Of a DNA stretch of 64,000 bases, positions 1-15,628 are shown piece by piece. Under the pieces are notes generated by a model that was given only the letters and a program-made list of their open reading frames with translations, did not search any database and was not told the origin of the DNA. Made by a program: the position numbers and the translations under genes. The number at the start of each line of letters is the position of its first letter. The first letter of the stretch is position 1. The stretch lies in assembly GCF_009914755.1 (NCBI RefSeq), contig NC_060926.1, one strand, 5' to 3'. This DNA is from the human T2T-CHM13v2.0 reference genome, Homo sapiens.

Positions 1-57
1 CGAGGCAGTTTCTAGCTACTGCACGTACTTCATAAAGCAGGACTCTAAAAGCTTTGG
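1..57 (+). CDS. LCLAT1: 3' part of a coding exon of lysocardiolipin acyltransferase 1 (N-terminal extension of the long isoform); exon starts before the window
   Basis: The frame from nt 2 reads EAVSSYCTYFIKQDSKSF plus GG, matching the recalled LCLAT1 N-terminus (…SINEAVSSYCTYFIKQDSKSFGIMVSWKG…). It ends at a phase-2 consensus donor GG|GTAAGT. Confidence 0.9.
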
Positions 58-63
58 GTAAGT
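58..63 (+). other. LCLAT1: 5' splice donor GTAAGT
   Basis: Perfect +1..+6 U1 consensus immediately after the recognised coding sequence. Confidence 0.9.
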
Positions 64-877
64 CTTTGTAATGATTTAGATGCTTGAGGTTTTTGTCTTG
101 CTTCATATATCTGAACACAAAGCTTTTTGAATTGATCATAGTTTGTTCCTGTTTATGTTGTATTGTTGACATGTTCTATGCTTGTTCTATAACCTTTTCA
201 TTGAAAAATAAGCATTCATTTCTATTGGAGGGAGATAAATGTCCTTTTTTAGAAAATAAAATAACACATTTCTGTGAAAGAACAAACCCAGCATTTCTGT
301 TTGGCATTTGGTTGTGTGATTCTTTTTGGATCTTTATTTTAAAGATTAGGTACCATTTTGTTTAGAGTCGAAAATATTAAATTTTTTGGAGGTTATCCCT
401 TACACTTTCTGCTGCATGCAGTAACTTGCTTTTGTTTGACATAGGAGCTTATGTGATACCATTAGCTAGTATCCTCCTTTTGAAACAGTGAGGGTTTGGG
501 GAGTCCAGCGGGGGTTCATCTGTGTGAATAACTGACAACTGATTCTGGCCATGTCCTCTCTCATCTCTAGGCTCATGATCTCCATCTGCCCAGTGTTCAT
601 CTGCAATCTCTGGCTGCCACCTCAGTCTCAATTTGATTAAAACTAAATTCATTCTCAATCCCATATTCAGTTTCCTGCCAGGTTATGTCTGTCTCTGTTT
701 ATTTAATTGTCCAGGCTTGAACCTTCTTAGATAATTTCGACACCCTCCCCCTCAGCCTTTTTCTATTGCTGCTGCTTTTGTAATGCTTTTGATGTTTTTT
801 CTCCTGATCTTTATGCTTGCGTTACTTCAGTAGTCTACTAGTCGGTTTCTGAAATAATAGTCTCCATTTCTTGTGTA

Positions 878-1630
878 TGTGATATGATGAAGAATCTATT
901 ATATCTGGCTTTTGTCTTCGGTTCCTGACAATGAGCTTCAAAAAATCTTGGGATTTCCTTATAGATGTATCTTTTGTTATTCATAACAAGAGTCTCTTTT
1001 GACCACACCTGAGTTTATCCTAATAAGGTGACTCTGGGTGGGCCCTTAGATAGTTCAGGAAAGGAGCTGTCCACATCAGAGAGACCTTGGAACTTTTAGC
1101 CCCATCCCCTGGTCTCTGGGGAGGGGGCAGTGACTAGATAGCAGAGCCCAGTCATCTGGCTAGTGATTTAATCACTGATGCCTAGGTCATGAAGCCCCAT
1201 ATAAAAACCCTGGAATAGCAGTGAACATACTGGTTTGCTAGGAAGATGACACCTGGATTTCTTCAGGGGAGAGCAGGGAAGCTTTGCATCCCTCTGCCCT
1301 CTTTCCTAGACCTTGCCCTTGCTCTGTGCACCTCTTCCATTGGGCTGTTCCTGAGTTGTAGCCTTTATAATGAAACTGTGATTGTATAGTGCTTTCACTG
1401 ATTTCTGTGAGAATCGTTGAAACTGAAGGGAGGTTTTGGGAATCTCTGAATTTGTAGCCAAGTTGGACATTAGTGTGGATAGCATGGGGATAACTGAAGT
1501 GAGGGCAGTCTTGTTGGAAACCTTGCTCTTTAACTTGTGGGATCTGATACGAACTCCAGGTAGTGTCAGAATTGAGTTGAATTGTAGGACACCTAGTTGG
1601 TGTCAGAGAATTGGTCTCAGAGTGCAGTGT
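878..1630 (+). mobile_element. MER21-family (MER21C-like) solo LTR
   Basis: Starts TGTGATATGATGAAGAA and contains CCACACCTGAGTTTAT…GGTGACTCTGGGTGGGCCCTTAGATAG and the end motif TGTAGGACACCTAGTTGGTGTCAGAGAATTGG, matching the recalled MER21C consensus. Confidence 0.7.
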
Positions 1631-1744
1631 GCTTACCCTTTGACAGGCATTGTGGTATGTGCGCTGCATGCATTATTTCATGTAATGCCCACCATGGTAA
1701 GACCTAGATTTTTTTTTATTTGTTTCTAGTTAGTTTTTGGTGTT

Positions 1745-1895
1745 TTTGTTGTTGTTGGTGTTTTGTTTGTTTGTTTTTTGAAACGGGGTCTCACTATGTT
1801 GCCTCCACTTGTCTTGAACTCCTAGGCTGAAGCGGTCCTCCTGCCTCAGCCTCCTGAGTGGCTGAGACTACAGGTGTGTGCCACCAGGCCTGGCC
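1745..1895 (-). mobile_element. Alu monomer (FLAM-type) with degenerate T/G-rich tail
   Basis: Antisense monomer GGGGTCTCACTATGTTGCC…CCACCAGGCCTGGCC. Confidence 0.8.
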
Positions 1896-2000
1896 CAGGT
1901 CTGATTTTATCATCTTTGTTTTACTGGTAAGGAAAGCCATAACTTGCCCATTGTCACAGAGCAAGGAAGTGTTGGAGAAGTCAGTGCTTTCTGACTTTAA

Positions 2001-2406
<406 letters not shown>

Positions 2407-3327
2407 TAAATTAAACTTTTATCACATCATTTTTGAACTCAGAACTTTCAGTTACTCTCCATTACTGTAGGATAAAACCCATTATTTGCAGGCAGCCATT
2501 CAAGGCCCACTGGAGTCCAATAGGCTCAAATTAATGCTGTCCCAGTCTTTATATACAACAAAAGAAAACAAGCACCTATTGTGTTTCTTGGATGGGGCAC
2601 TCAGTTTGTATCTCCAGTAAGTTGCACTGGAGATGAAAGTGTATAATTGGAAAGTTAGAGTATATGAAAAGAATGTCCGTATAAAAATAACACATGCTGA
2701 CCAAGTCAGTAGTACAGGTGATAAGATGCTTCTAGAGTTCAAAAGGGGCACAGCTTCACTAAGCAGGTGTATCTTGAGCTTAGCATTGAAGAGATGGTAG
2801 GATTTTGAGAATTGTGACTGAGGGGAGGACCCTTCTGCTCAGGAAGACCATGAGTGAACTGGAAAGGCAGTGCTGATGACAATGAATACTTAAGTTTATC
2901 TGGGGGAAACTTCTGAAACCAGGGTCTATTCCTTGTCCCCAGACAAGTTGAAAGTTGCAGCATAGTCTTTTAACTGACAGAGCTTGTGCTAAAGCTTTGT
3001 CCTTTGAAGCTAGAGTTGTTTAGAATGAACCAAAATCTATTTCGGGGCTAGCCTGCGTGATAAGGTTGGGTGATTATGTTATAAGAATTACCTTTTTTTG
3101 TGTTACGTGAGCTGATCAAAGGAAATTTTAAACTATAAAAGTTCAAAAATTTTTTGGTAGTAGAACATGAGAATAAACATATTCAAAGTAACCAGTCTGA
3201 ATAGGGAGCATTCTTTAGCATAGATAAGTTTTGGTAAATAGATAGTTTTAAAAAGTCTTCTTTGTACATGAACTCACATCATTATACCCAATCTCTTGGT
3301 ATTTTTTAGGGTTAGAATCTCTCCTGA

Positions 3328-3445
3328 CCAGCTACTTGGGAGTGCCAGCTACTTGGGAGGCTGAGGCAGGAGGATTGCTTTAGTTGCTCAGGAGTTCAAC
3401 ACCAGTTTGGGCAACATAGCAAGATCCTCTCTCTTAATAAAAAAA
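3328..3445 (+). mobile_element. Alu monomer fragment (FLAM-like)
   Basis: CCAGCTACTTGGGAGGCTGAGGCAGGAGG…GGGCAACATAGCAAGA plus an A-tail; CCAGCTACTTGGGAG is locally duplicated. Confidence 0.75.
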
Positions 3446-3819
3446 GTCAACTTGAATGCTATATAAGTAATATTTATACATTTATATATTTATAAAAAAT
3501 ATATGAAGAACAGATCAGAATTACATTACTCAGAGATAGTTGATAACCATGTTTATTTTTATTATGCTACTTTTATTTATGTCATTACCTATACAATTTT
3601 GTAACCTACTTTTTTCACTTTATATTATTAGGATTTTCCCATGTCATAAGATTTTTTGAAAACATGGTTTCTATTAATATATAAACGTTATCATACATAG
3701 AGATTTCTTTTTTTGTTTTCTCCTTTAATTAAAAACAGAGTCATTCATTATTTTGTAAGTTGCTTTCTTCACTTCACGGGTCATGTCTACCTTTCTGAAT
3801 GACTGCTTATGTTAATGTA

Positions 3820-4139
3820 TAGTCAGCCCCTCTGTATCCACAGGTTTTGCATTCATAGATTCAACCAACCATGGATCAAAAATATTTGAAAAAGAATTGC
3901 CTCTGCACTGAACATGTACAGACTTTTTTCTTGTCATTGTTCCCTAAACAATATAACTATTTATATAGCATTTACATTGTATTAGATACTATGAGTAATT
4001 TAGAGATAAAGTATTTTGGAGGATGTGAGCAGGCTATATGCAAATATGATGTCATTTTATATAAGGAACTTGTGCATATGTTGATTTTGATGTCCTCAAG
4101 AGGCCCTGGAACAGATCCCCCATGGATATTAGATGACTG
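3820..4139 (+). mobile_element. MER2 (TcMar-Tigger MITE)
   Basis: (C)AGTCAGCCCCTCTGTATCC…GATTCAACCAACC…CTGAACATGTACAGAC…GGATA…GATGACTG; degenerate terminal inverted repeats, ~320 bp. Confidence 0.85.
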
Positions 4140-5179
4140 TGCTTCACTTTTTAAAAACTGGTTGCATAATATTCCAGTTATATGGCTATGCCATAATTTA
4201 ACCATTTCTCTGTTGATGGACATTTATACTATTTCTAATTTTCACATACAAATAGTGCCTCCGTGAGCATTTTTATCTTTTCTTACTTTTATGAGTACTT
4301 TTGTAGGATAGATTAGAATGAAATTATTGTGTAAAAATGTATATGTGTTTTATAATTTGCCAGCCATGCTGAATTTGCCTTTTAAAAGGGCTCTATCAGT
4401 TGATTCTCTTAGCAATTGTATGTTTGAGGCCTTATTTTCCTATGCCCTCACTTTGCTGGATACTATCATTGTCAAATATGAAAAAGTAATTGGAAACATG
4501 GTGTCATGCTACATATTAGTCTGATTTCTTTCCCTTTTTTTTTAGTGTTCATTTTTGTATGTGACTCTTGATTCTTGGCCCATTTTCCTATTGTAATTCT
4601 ATAATGTTTTCATATTTTACATGTAACTCTTTAATTCATCTGGAATTTATTTTGATTTTATGGAATGAAACTGCTTGATTCTGGAGGAGATTCAAGGGCT
4701 AGTGGGTCTTGAAATTGTGTGTCTGGAAAAATTTAGAGGATAAAAATAAATTTTGCTGCCTTTGGAAAGTAGTTTGTCTCAAATTTATTTAAAAACTTAG
4801 TTTATTATTACCCAACTCTATAAAGTATGTTGGGGCAATAAGAAAATCTTGCCAACAAAAAGACCCCTTCTTACCAATGTAGAAGAGAAAGAACGCTCTG
4901 TTTTTATTTGCATGTCAGATACGTGCAGATAGGTAGTTTGAGACTACAAAATTTGAGCAGAATTTAACTCATACAGTGAAACAGACAAAACTTCTCTTGT
5001 ATTCTTGGGGCAAATGGATATACCCTGTGATAGTTTCCTGTGCACCTGATGAAATTCCCGAGTTAATTTCAGTGGTGTTTGTTTGCAGTGTCTAGGGTCA
5101 GAAGGCCTATGACCTTGTCATTGTAAATCTGGAGACTAGGATAGTATCTAATTCCTGACGAAAAGGCTTGGCCTATTAG

Positions 5180-5345
5180 GGTTTTTTTGTTTTTGTTCTT
5201 TTTAAATTTTTATTTACTTTTTGTTTTATTTTTTACATAGAGATGGAATTTTGCCATGTTTCCCAGGCTGGTTTCAAACTCCTGAGCTCAAGCAGTCTGC
5301 CCACAAAGAGCTGGGATTACAGGCATGAGCCACCATGCCTGGCCA
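5180..5345 (-). mobile_element. Alu left-monomer fragment
   Basis: TAGAGATGG…CCCAGGCTGGTTTCAAACTCCTGAGCTCAAG…GAGCCACCATGCCTGGCC. Confidence 0.8.
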
Positions 5346-5372
5346 GGCCTGTTAGGTTTTTAAAGAGATCCT

Positions 5373-5843
5373 CTGTGGTAGGCTGAAAATGGTTCTCTAA
5401 AATATTCAAGTCCTAATCCTGGAACCTGTGAAATGTTACCTTGTATGTTAAAAAAAATGGTTTTTGTAATTAAATTGAGGATCTTGATGTCTAGGGCACT
5501 TATCCTGGATTATGTGAGTGGTCCCTAAAAGCAATCCTGTGTATGTTTATCAAAGTGAGGCAGAGGGAGATTATACGTACACAGAGGAGGAGGAGGCAGT
5601 TGGACCAGGAGGTAGAGATTTGAGTGTTAACGGCCACAAGTCAAGGCATTCCCACAGCCATCAACAGCTGGAATAAGCAAGGAACAGATTCTCACCTGGA
5701 GCCTTTGGAGGGAGTGTGACCTTGCTTTTGTTCTAATGATACTGCTTTCAGACTTTTTTTGGCCTCTAGGAGTGGAAGAGAATAACTTTCTGTTTTAAGC
5801 CACCAAGTAACTTGTTACAGCAGCGATAGGAAACTACTGTACA
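5373..5843 (+). mobile_element. MLT1 (MLT1C/D-like) MaLR solo LTR
   Basis: TGTGGTAGGCTGAAAATGG…GTCCTAATCCTGGAACCTGTGAA…TTGTTACAGCAGCGATAGGAAACTA…TACA. Confidence 0.8.
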
Positions 5844-6564
5844 CCCTAAAGACAAAAGGGCTGTGCCCCTTTTATTAAAACAAGAAAGATTCATTCATTA
5901 TATTTACTATGTTAATTATTGTGAATAGCACTTAATTCTTATCTACTCTTTGCTAATCACCGTTATTTATTGGTTCTCAGTGTTGAATAACAGGCTAAAC
6001 ACTCTACCAAAATGACATTAAAATGAAAAGTTAACCTCAATAGTAAAGTTAATAAGGAAATATTTTGACTTTTTTTAAGCCTGGAAAGTGAGTAATTTAG
6101 AATCATTTATATTATTTTGAGATTTGCTTTTGAATTGAGGACAATAAAGTGTATTTATTTCTCTTATTAGTGAAGTGGCATGAAAGAACAAAAGTCTTCT
6201 TTAACAGAAAGAATTTCAAGTCCATTGCATTTTGTTAAAACTTTCCCCAAATTTTATTTTTTTCAACCAAGTGGTAGATTATATAACTAATGTTACAATT
6301 AATTTTTTTCTGATTTTTTTTACTGACATATAATTTCTTATATTTTTGATAAAGTAACTCCTTAGAGTTGTCTAGATGAGTTGTATTTTTTCAGTTTGCT
6401 GACAAACTATTTTTCTTGCTTTATTAAAAATGATTAAATTTCCTAATTCTGCTTTTACCTATTTGATAATTCTTTATTTTATTAGAATTGTTAGGACTTT
6501 GTAAATTTTTTCATAAAGAACCAAGCTCATTTTAAAGTTCCGCTGTTTTTTCTGTGTTTTCTTT

Positions 6565-6728
6565 TTTTCTTTTCTTTTCTTTTCTTTCTTTCCTGCTTTC
6601 TTTTTTTTTTCTTTGAGACAGGGTCTCACTGCCACCTAGGCTGGGCTGGAGCTCCTAGACTCAAGTGATCCTCCCACCTTGGCTTCCCAAAGTGCTGGGA
6701 TTGTAAGCATGAGTCAATGTGCCTGACC
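6565..6728 (-). mobile_element. FLAM/Alu monomer with (CTTTT)n tail
   Basis: GAGACAGGGTCTCACT…CTCAAGTGATCCTCCCACCTTGGCTTCCCAAAGTGCTGGGATT. Confidence 0.8.
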
Positions 6729-6964
6729 CTTTCTGTGTGTTGTTATCTAATCAATCATTTTTACTGTCATCCATATTTCTATTTTTGTTTTTTAATCACA
6801 CCTTTTATTTTAAAAATTTGACTGCTTGATTTTAAAATTTGCATTGCTTAGTTTATGTTCTGTTTATTTAAATACTATTTTAGAAACTATTTCAGTACAG
6901 CTTTGTATGAATCCTGTAACTTTTGATATGCGATGTCTTTATATTTTTTCTAAATATTCTGTTG

Positions 6965-7130
6965 CACTGGTTCTAAACTTTGGTGAATATCAGTCTCAGC
7001 TGGCAGGCTTATTAAAAATGCAGATATTCCAATTCTACTTAACACTGGGTATAGGGCCTGAGCTTCTGCATTTTTAACAAGCTCCCCACCCCCTGGTAAT
7101 CTGGATTAACATCAGCATATGGGAACTACA
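6965..7130. mobile_element. MER5A-like hAT MITE remnant
   Basis: GGTTCTAAACTTTGG…TTATTAAAAATGCAGAT…CTGCATTTTTAACAAGCTCCCCA. Confidence 0.55.
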
Positions 7131-7268
7131 AGTCTTATATATTTTTAATTTTTTCATTAATTCAACAGTTATTTAGGAAGGCTTAAGAATTTCAAATCTT
7201 TAGGGTTGTTTGTTTTGAATTACTCTTAGTTTTATTGTATTATAATCAGAAGCTTGCCCTGCAAAATT

Positions 7269-8771
<1,503 letters not shown>

Positions 8772-9889
8772 TTAATTGAAATTTCCATTGTGGTCATTTG
8801 TAAATGACCTCCACTGTGGATAGTTGGGAAAAAAAATAGCCATTTGATATATATCTGTTTTTTTTTAATTGAGGTGAAATTTACTGTACAAGAAATTAAG
8901 CATTTTAAAGTGGACAAATCAGTGGCATTGAGTACATTCATGTGTTGTGCCACCACCACTGCTGTCTAGTTTCAAAACATTTTTATCACCTCAAAGGAAA
9001 CTGTGTACCATTAAGCAGTTGCTCCCTTCTACCCAGCCTCTGGCAACCACCAGTCTGCTTTCATTTCTATGGATTTGCCTATTCTGAATATTTCATATAA
9101 ATGAAATTATGCAATACGTGACCTTTTGTGTCTTCTTCACTTAGTATAATGTTTTCAAGGTTTATTTAACTCTTTGAGAAACTGCTATTTTACATTCCCA
9201 CCAGCAATATATGAGGGTTGCAAATTTTCTGCATCCTTACCAATGCTTGTTATTTTCCATTTTTAAAATTGTGCCCATGCTAGTGGGTATATAGTGATAT
9301 CTCATTGTGGTTTTGATTTGCATTTCCCCAATGATGTATGATGTTGAGTAGCTTTTCTTATGCTTATCAACCATTTGTATGTTTTCTTTGGAGAAATATC
9401 TATTCAAGTCCTTTACTCATTTAAAAAAGTTATTTGTCTTTTTGTTGTTGAGTTGTAAGAGTTCTTTATGTATTCTGGATACTAGACCCTTGACTTGTGA
9501 ATTTTTCTTCCATTCTGTGGGTTGTCTTTTCATTTTCTTGATGGTGGTCTTTCACGTGCAAAAGTGTTTCATCTGGATGCAGTCCAGTTGATTTTTTTTT
9601 TCTTTTGTTGCTCATGTTTCTGGTGTCACATGTAACAATCCCTTGCCAAATCCAAGGTTGTGAAGATTTACCTTTGTTTTCGTATAAGAATTTTATAGTT
9701 TTATCTTTTGTGTTTAGGTTTTTGATAGATTTTGAATGAGTTTGAGGACACCTTCCTTCTTTTGCATGTAGCTATCCAGTAGTATCATTTGTTACAGATA
9801 TTGTTCTCTCTCCATTGAATGGTCTTTGCACCCTCGTTGAAAATCAGTTGGCCATAGATGTATGGTCATAATTCTGGACTCTCAATTAA

Positions 9890-10364
<475 letters not shown>

Positions 10365-10977
10365 AAGAATCTGCATCTGATTGGTTGGGTCAGGAATGAA
10401 ATCACACGAGTGTCAAAATGGTCTTGTGTGTCGAGTCAGTTTCGGGTGGGGGTTACAGGGCCAGTTGAGTCAATTTCATGGTATGAGTAACCCAGGTGGC
10501 ATCAGTTGGTCCACCAGAACACGAGGTCTGAAAAATACCTCAAGAATCAGCCTTGGGTTTTACAATAATGAGGTAATCTATTGGGGTAATCGGGGAAGTT
10601 ACAAGTCTTATGACCACTGGCTAGTGACTCCTGTCTAGTAAGTAATTACAAAAAAGACAAGTTAGAAAATAGTGTCTTGTTATTATTTAACTATGCTTAA
10701 GTCTTAGCAGAATTCAGGCTCCTACTGTAATTCTGACCTTGTGTCCTTTTGTTATTTTTTACAAAGATGGTTTTGGTCTCTAAACAAGGAGGGGGTTAGT
10801 TTTGGGAAAGGACTATTATCATATTTGCTTTAAAGTTAAAATACAAACTAAATTCCTCCCATAGTTGGCTTGGCCTATGTGCAGGAATGAGCAGAGACAG
10901 CTTATGAGGTTAGAAGCAAGATGGAGTCAGCTACGTTAGGGTTTTCTCACTGTTATAATTTTGCAAAGGCAGTTTCA
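10365..10977 (-). mobile_element. LTR8-family ERV1 LTR (3' end missing)
   Basis: The reverse complement begins TGAAACTGCCTTTGCAAAATTATAACAGTGAG…GACTCCATCTTGCTTCTAACCTC, the LTR8 5' signature. Confidence 0.8.
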
Positions 10978-11216
10978 GTACCACATTGTTTTGATTACTG
11001 TAGCCTCTTAGTAAGTTTTGAAATTAGGAAGTGTGAGTCCTCCAACTTTGTTCTTTTTCAGTGTTGTTTTGGCTGCTTGGAACCACTTGGAATTCCATTC
11101 ATATTTGGTGATTGGCTTTTCCATTTCTGCAAAAGTTATTGGAATTTTGATAGAGATTGAATTGAGTCTGTAGATTGCTTTGAGTAGTATTGCCATGTTA
11201 ATAGTATTGTCTTTTA

Positions 11217-11863
<647 letters not shown>

Positions 11864-14761
11864 TAAACCTGGTATATCCTTCCATATATTAGATTTTCCT
11901 TAATTTGTTAATGTTTTGTGGTTTTCAAAGTGTCTTTTACCTCCTTGGTTAAATTTATTCCTAGGTTTATTCTTTTGATGTTATTGTAAATGGAATTACT
12001 AATTTTCCTTTCGGTTTGTTTATTACTGGTGCGTAGAAACATAGTTGGTTTTTGTGTGTTGATCTCGTACCCTTCAACTTTGCTGAATTTATTAGCTCTA
12101 GTAGTATTTTTGTGGGTTCCTAAGGATTTTCTATACATAGGATCATGTCATGTGCAGATTCTTCCTTCTGATTTGGATGAATTTTATTTATTTTTCTTGC
12201 CTAATTGTTCTCACTAGAAATTCTAGTACAATGTTGAATAACAGTGGTGAAAGCAATCATCCTTGTCTTATTCTTGATTTTAGGGGGAAAGCTTGTAGTC
12301 ACTTTATCCCTGAGCATGAAATATGAACATCATTGTCATGAACCATTGCTGTGGGTTTTTCATAGTGCCCTTTTCTTTTAAATCTTTAACATTCTTCTGA
12401 GTGGAGTTAACTGGAAAACTTTAAAGAAGCTAATTTAAAATTTTTGCTAGTTTATGGGACATAGTCTCAAAATTGAGAACAGAAGAAACATCCACATGGT
12501 TGTAATTTTTGTCCTTAGGGCTTACATGGGCAAGAATATACAGAAAGCATTTATGGAAAAGGAGTTAAAAGGAGACAAGACTTTCAGAACTCACTGAATA
12601 GAAGATTCCACTTGTTTATTTGGTTTTACTCTCTAAACTGTTGGAGTTGATAATTAAGCCCCTTCTAAGGCTTTACTTTTTGTCACTGGCTTGTAAAACT
12701 GGAAAATTTGCCCAGATTAAGCCTTTTAATGTTTTATTTTGTGTTAATTTCTTTCTTGATTTGAGATAAATGTTTATAAACATCAACCAGTTTTTGTTTA
12801 TGAGGCCTACACTGGAGGAAAGGACTGTAATTACTAATGTTGCATCAGAAGTTGCTCAGACAAATGGAAACTTTTTCTTTTCTTATAAAAGTGGAAGTGC
12901 CCCTAGTGTCAGAATGCACATTATTCTTGCATTTGGTAAAGTGTTCTGTTGTGTTTTTGTAGTCATTTTAATGACATTCAGATAGGTTTTATGCAAAATG
13001 TTTATGGTAGGCCAGATCTTAAAAACATTTTTTTGCAGGGAGTCAGGAGGTGATTACCTTTCCAGGTAATTTCAGGAATTTTCAGTTTTCCTAAATATTT
13101 TTAGGAAGAAACCCAGGTTCTATTAGAATATTTTGTCTCCACAAGTCTTGCCAGTCCCTCCTACCTGCCCCCCACAATACCTTGTAATGGAACATTTTGT
13201 GCCATGTCTAGCTAATGCATTAGATGAAACTTTTAAGTCACAGTGATGAGGAAGAAAAAAGATTGGCTGTGGATAGTGTGTTGCAACTATTTTTGCATTA
13301 AATCATAATTATGCCTTTCTGTCTTCTCTGGAGTTGAAAAAAAAATGATTTGTTGTCTCTGAATATAGTTGATATTTGTGTACCATATATCCATGGCCTC
13401 ACCAGTCAGGAGAGAGATTTCCATCTTGGAAAATAGTTTGTCTGGAGTGAATGTTTCTGATTAATTCATTATGTGTATAGGAAAATTATATATGTATGAC
13501 AGTTACATATGTTAGACAGTTATATGTGTCTAACTGTATTACATATATAACTACCATATGACAGTTGCATATGCTATTATGAAGACATATATATGTATGT
13601 GTGTATACATATATATAAAGTTCTGAACAAGGAGGGCGGGTTGTATGCTTCTTATAGTAAAAGGAATCTGAATCTATTACGATCTTTCTTTTAAGTTAGT
13701 GTCCTTGGGATAAGGAGAGCAGGTAGACGGAAGAGAACCTGGTAAGCTTAAAAGCCACCTGATTCTCCTGATTTGGGTCACCCGCATCTGGAACATCCTC
13801 TTTAATTTGGTTATCAACATGTTTTTTCATCCCTTTATTTATTCTATAATTCCTTATAATCGTGATAATTTATGAACCTAAACAAAGACTTTTTGTGTTG
13901 ATTTCTTCAGTGACATAAAAATTAACCTACTTCTGTGGATGGATAGATGAACATGGATGCGTTCTATGGAGCAGAGTCTACCAAAATTATTTTTTTAAAT
14001 CATCTGAAACAAATTGTGCTATTGGATTGACCATTTTCCTCAGTTGTTTTAACTGTTTACAGGGAATGAAGATGAGTGGGCAACAGGTTGTGGTTGCTAG
14101 AGTTCATGTCTTCACCATTATCTGCAGTCTGAATATTGGCTCTAAAGGTTCTGAAACCTGGTTTCCTAGTTTTATGCAGTGCTAATTTATACCAGTGAAA
14201 TTTATAAGGGATTGATTTTCAAAACCCAAAGGCTTGTTTATTAGTTTACATGGGCAGTGGACCTTTCCAGTCCAATTCACTGTTTGGATTGTTTTTGTGT
14301 TGGTATCTGAGTATCAAACAACATCTTACCAATAATAAGAAAACTGTGTAATGTGTTAAAGATAATATAATGACTTATGCAGCTATGAAAATACATGTGT
14401 TAAAGAAAAACTCATAATCAGGGAAGAAGGCAAATGTTATACCTGTTTCAATGGAAAAGTAAAATAACCCACAAATTTATATGGAGTAAAGAAATGTTGA
14501 AATGGACCCAAGTGGAGACAAACTGGTTTGTTGGGGAGAGGGAGCTGGGGAGAAGCTCAGGAGGACAACTGAACCTGCTCCCTGACAGGATAGAATTTAC
14601 ATGTCCCTCAGTTAACCCATAGTCTATACAGTGTTGTAAAATAGCTCCCATCAAACAGAATCTGATAAAGTGTAGAGGTGTGCTATAAATCATGCCTAGT
14701 TTTCCATCAGATTTTTCTCTACATGTTACTGTGACTTGCAGTGAGTGGGGGTTAAAAGATG

Positions 14762-14870
14762 TTTTTTAAATTTAAGAGACAGGGACTTGCTATGTTGCCC
14801 AAGCTGGGCTTGAACTCCTTGATCCTCTTGCCTTAGCCTTCTGAGTAGCTGGGAATACAGGCGTGTGCCA
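14762..14870 (-). mobile_element. FLAM fragment
   Basis: AGAGACAGGGACTTGCTATGTTGCCCAAGCTGG…GTAGCTGGGAATACAGGCGTGTGCCAC. Confidence 0.75.
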
Positions 14871-14984
14871 CAGATATTTGAGTACAGTTCTGGATCCTCT
14901 TTGAGCCTGATGAGCTTTTAAAATTGTGCTATTACCTGGTTAATGAATGAACAGTTTTAATGATTTGGTTTTAAATAATTTAAC

Positions 14985-15286
14985 TTTTTTTTTTTTTTTT
15001 CTAAATAGGGCCTCACTCTATCACCCAGGCTGGAGTGCAGTGGCACAATCCCAGCTCACAGTAGCCTTGACCTCCTGGGCTCAAGTGATCCTCCTGGCAC
15101 AGCCTCCTGTGTAGTTGGGATCACAGGTGTGCACCACCACACATGGCTAATTTTTAAAAAATTTTTTGTAGAGATGAGGTCTCATTTTGTTGCCTAGGCT
15201 GGTCTGGAACTCCTAGGCTCAAGCAATTCTCCCACCTTGGTCTCTCAAAGTGCTGGGATTACAGGCATGAGCCACCACACCTGGCC
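14985..15286 (-). mobile_element. AluJ
   Basis: Full dimer with J diagnostics (GCCTTGACCTCCTGGGCTCAAGTGATCCTCC). Confidence 0.9.
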
Positions 15287-15344
15287 TTAAATTTGTTAGT
15301 TATACACAGATCCAGGTTCAGATTTACCTTGCTAGTCTTATTCT

Positions 15345-15628
15345 GTGTGTGTGAGACAGGGTCTAACTGTTGCCCAGGCTGGAGTACAGTGGCACAATCA
15401 TAGCTCATTGTATCCTTGAACTCCTGGGCTCAAGTGATTATTCTGCCTCAGCCTTCCAAGCAGCTGGGATTACAAGCATGTGCCACCACCACTGGTTAAT
15501 AAATTTTTTTTTTTGTAGAGGCAGAGTCTCACTGTGTTGCCCAGGCTGGTCTAGAACTCCTGGGCTCAAGTGATACTTCTGTCTCAGACTCCCACAGTTC
15601 TGGGATTACAAAATTGAGTCATGGTCCC
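15345..15628 (-). mobile_element. AluJ with (TG)n tail
   Basis: Dimeric Alu, diverged, J-type ATCATAGCTCA…CTCCTGGGCTCAAG. Confidence 0.85.

Noticed and set aside
1238-1729. 143-aa and 97-aa ORFs on opposite strands
   Set aside because: They lie within the MER21-like LTR and have no recognisable motifs.
4825-5160. Possible additional LTR remnant (similarly ~52650-52910)
   Set aside because: LTR-like feel, but I could not assign a family or termini with confidence.
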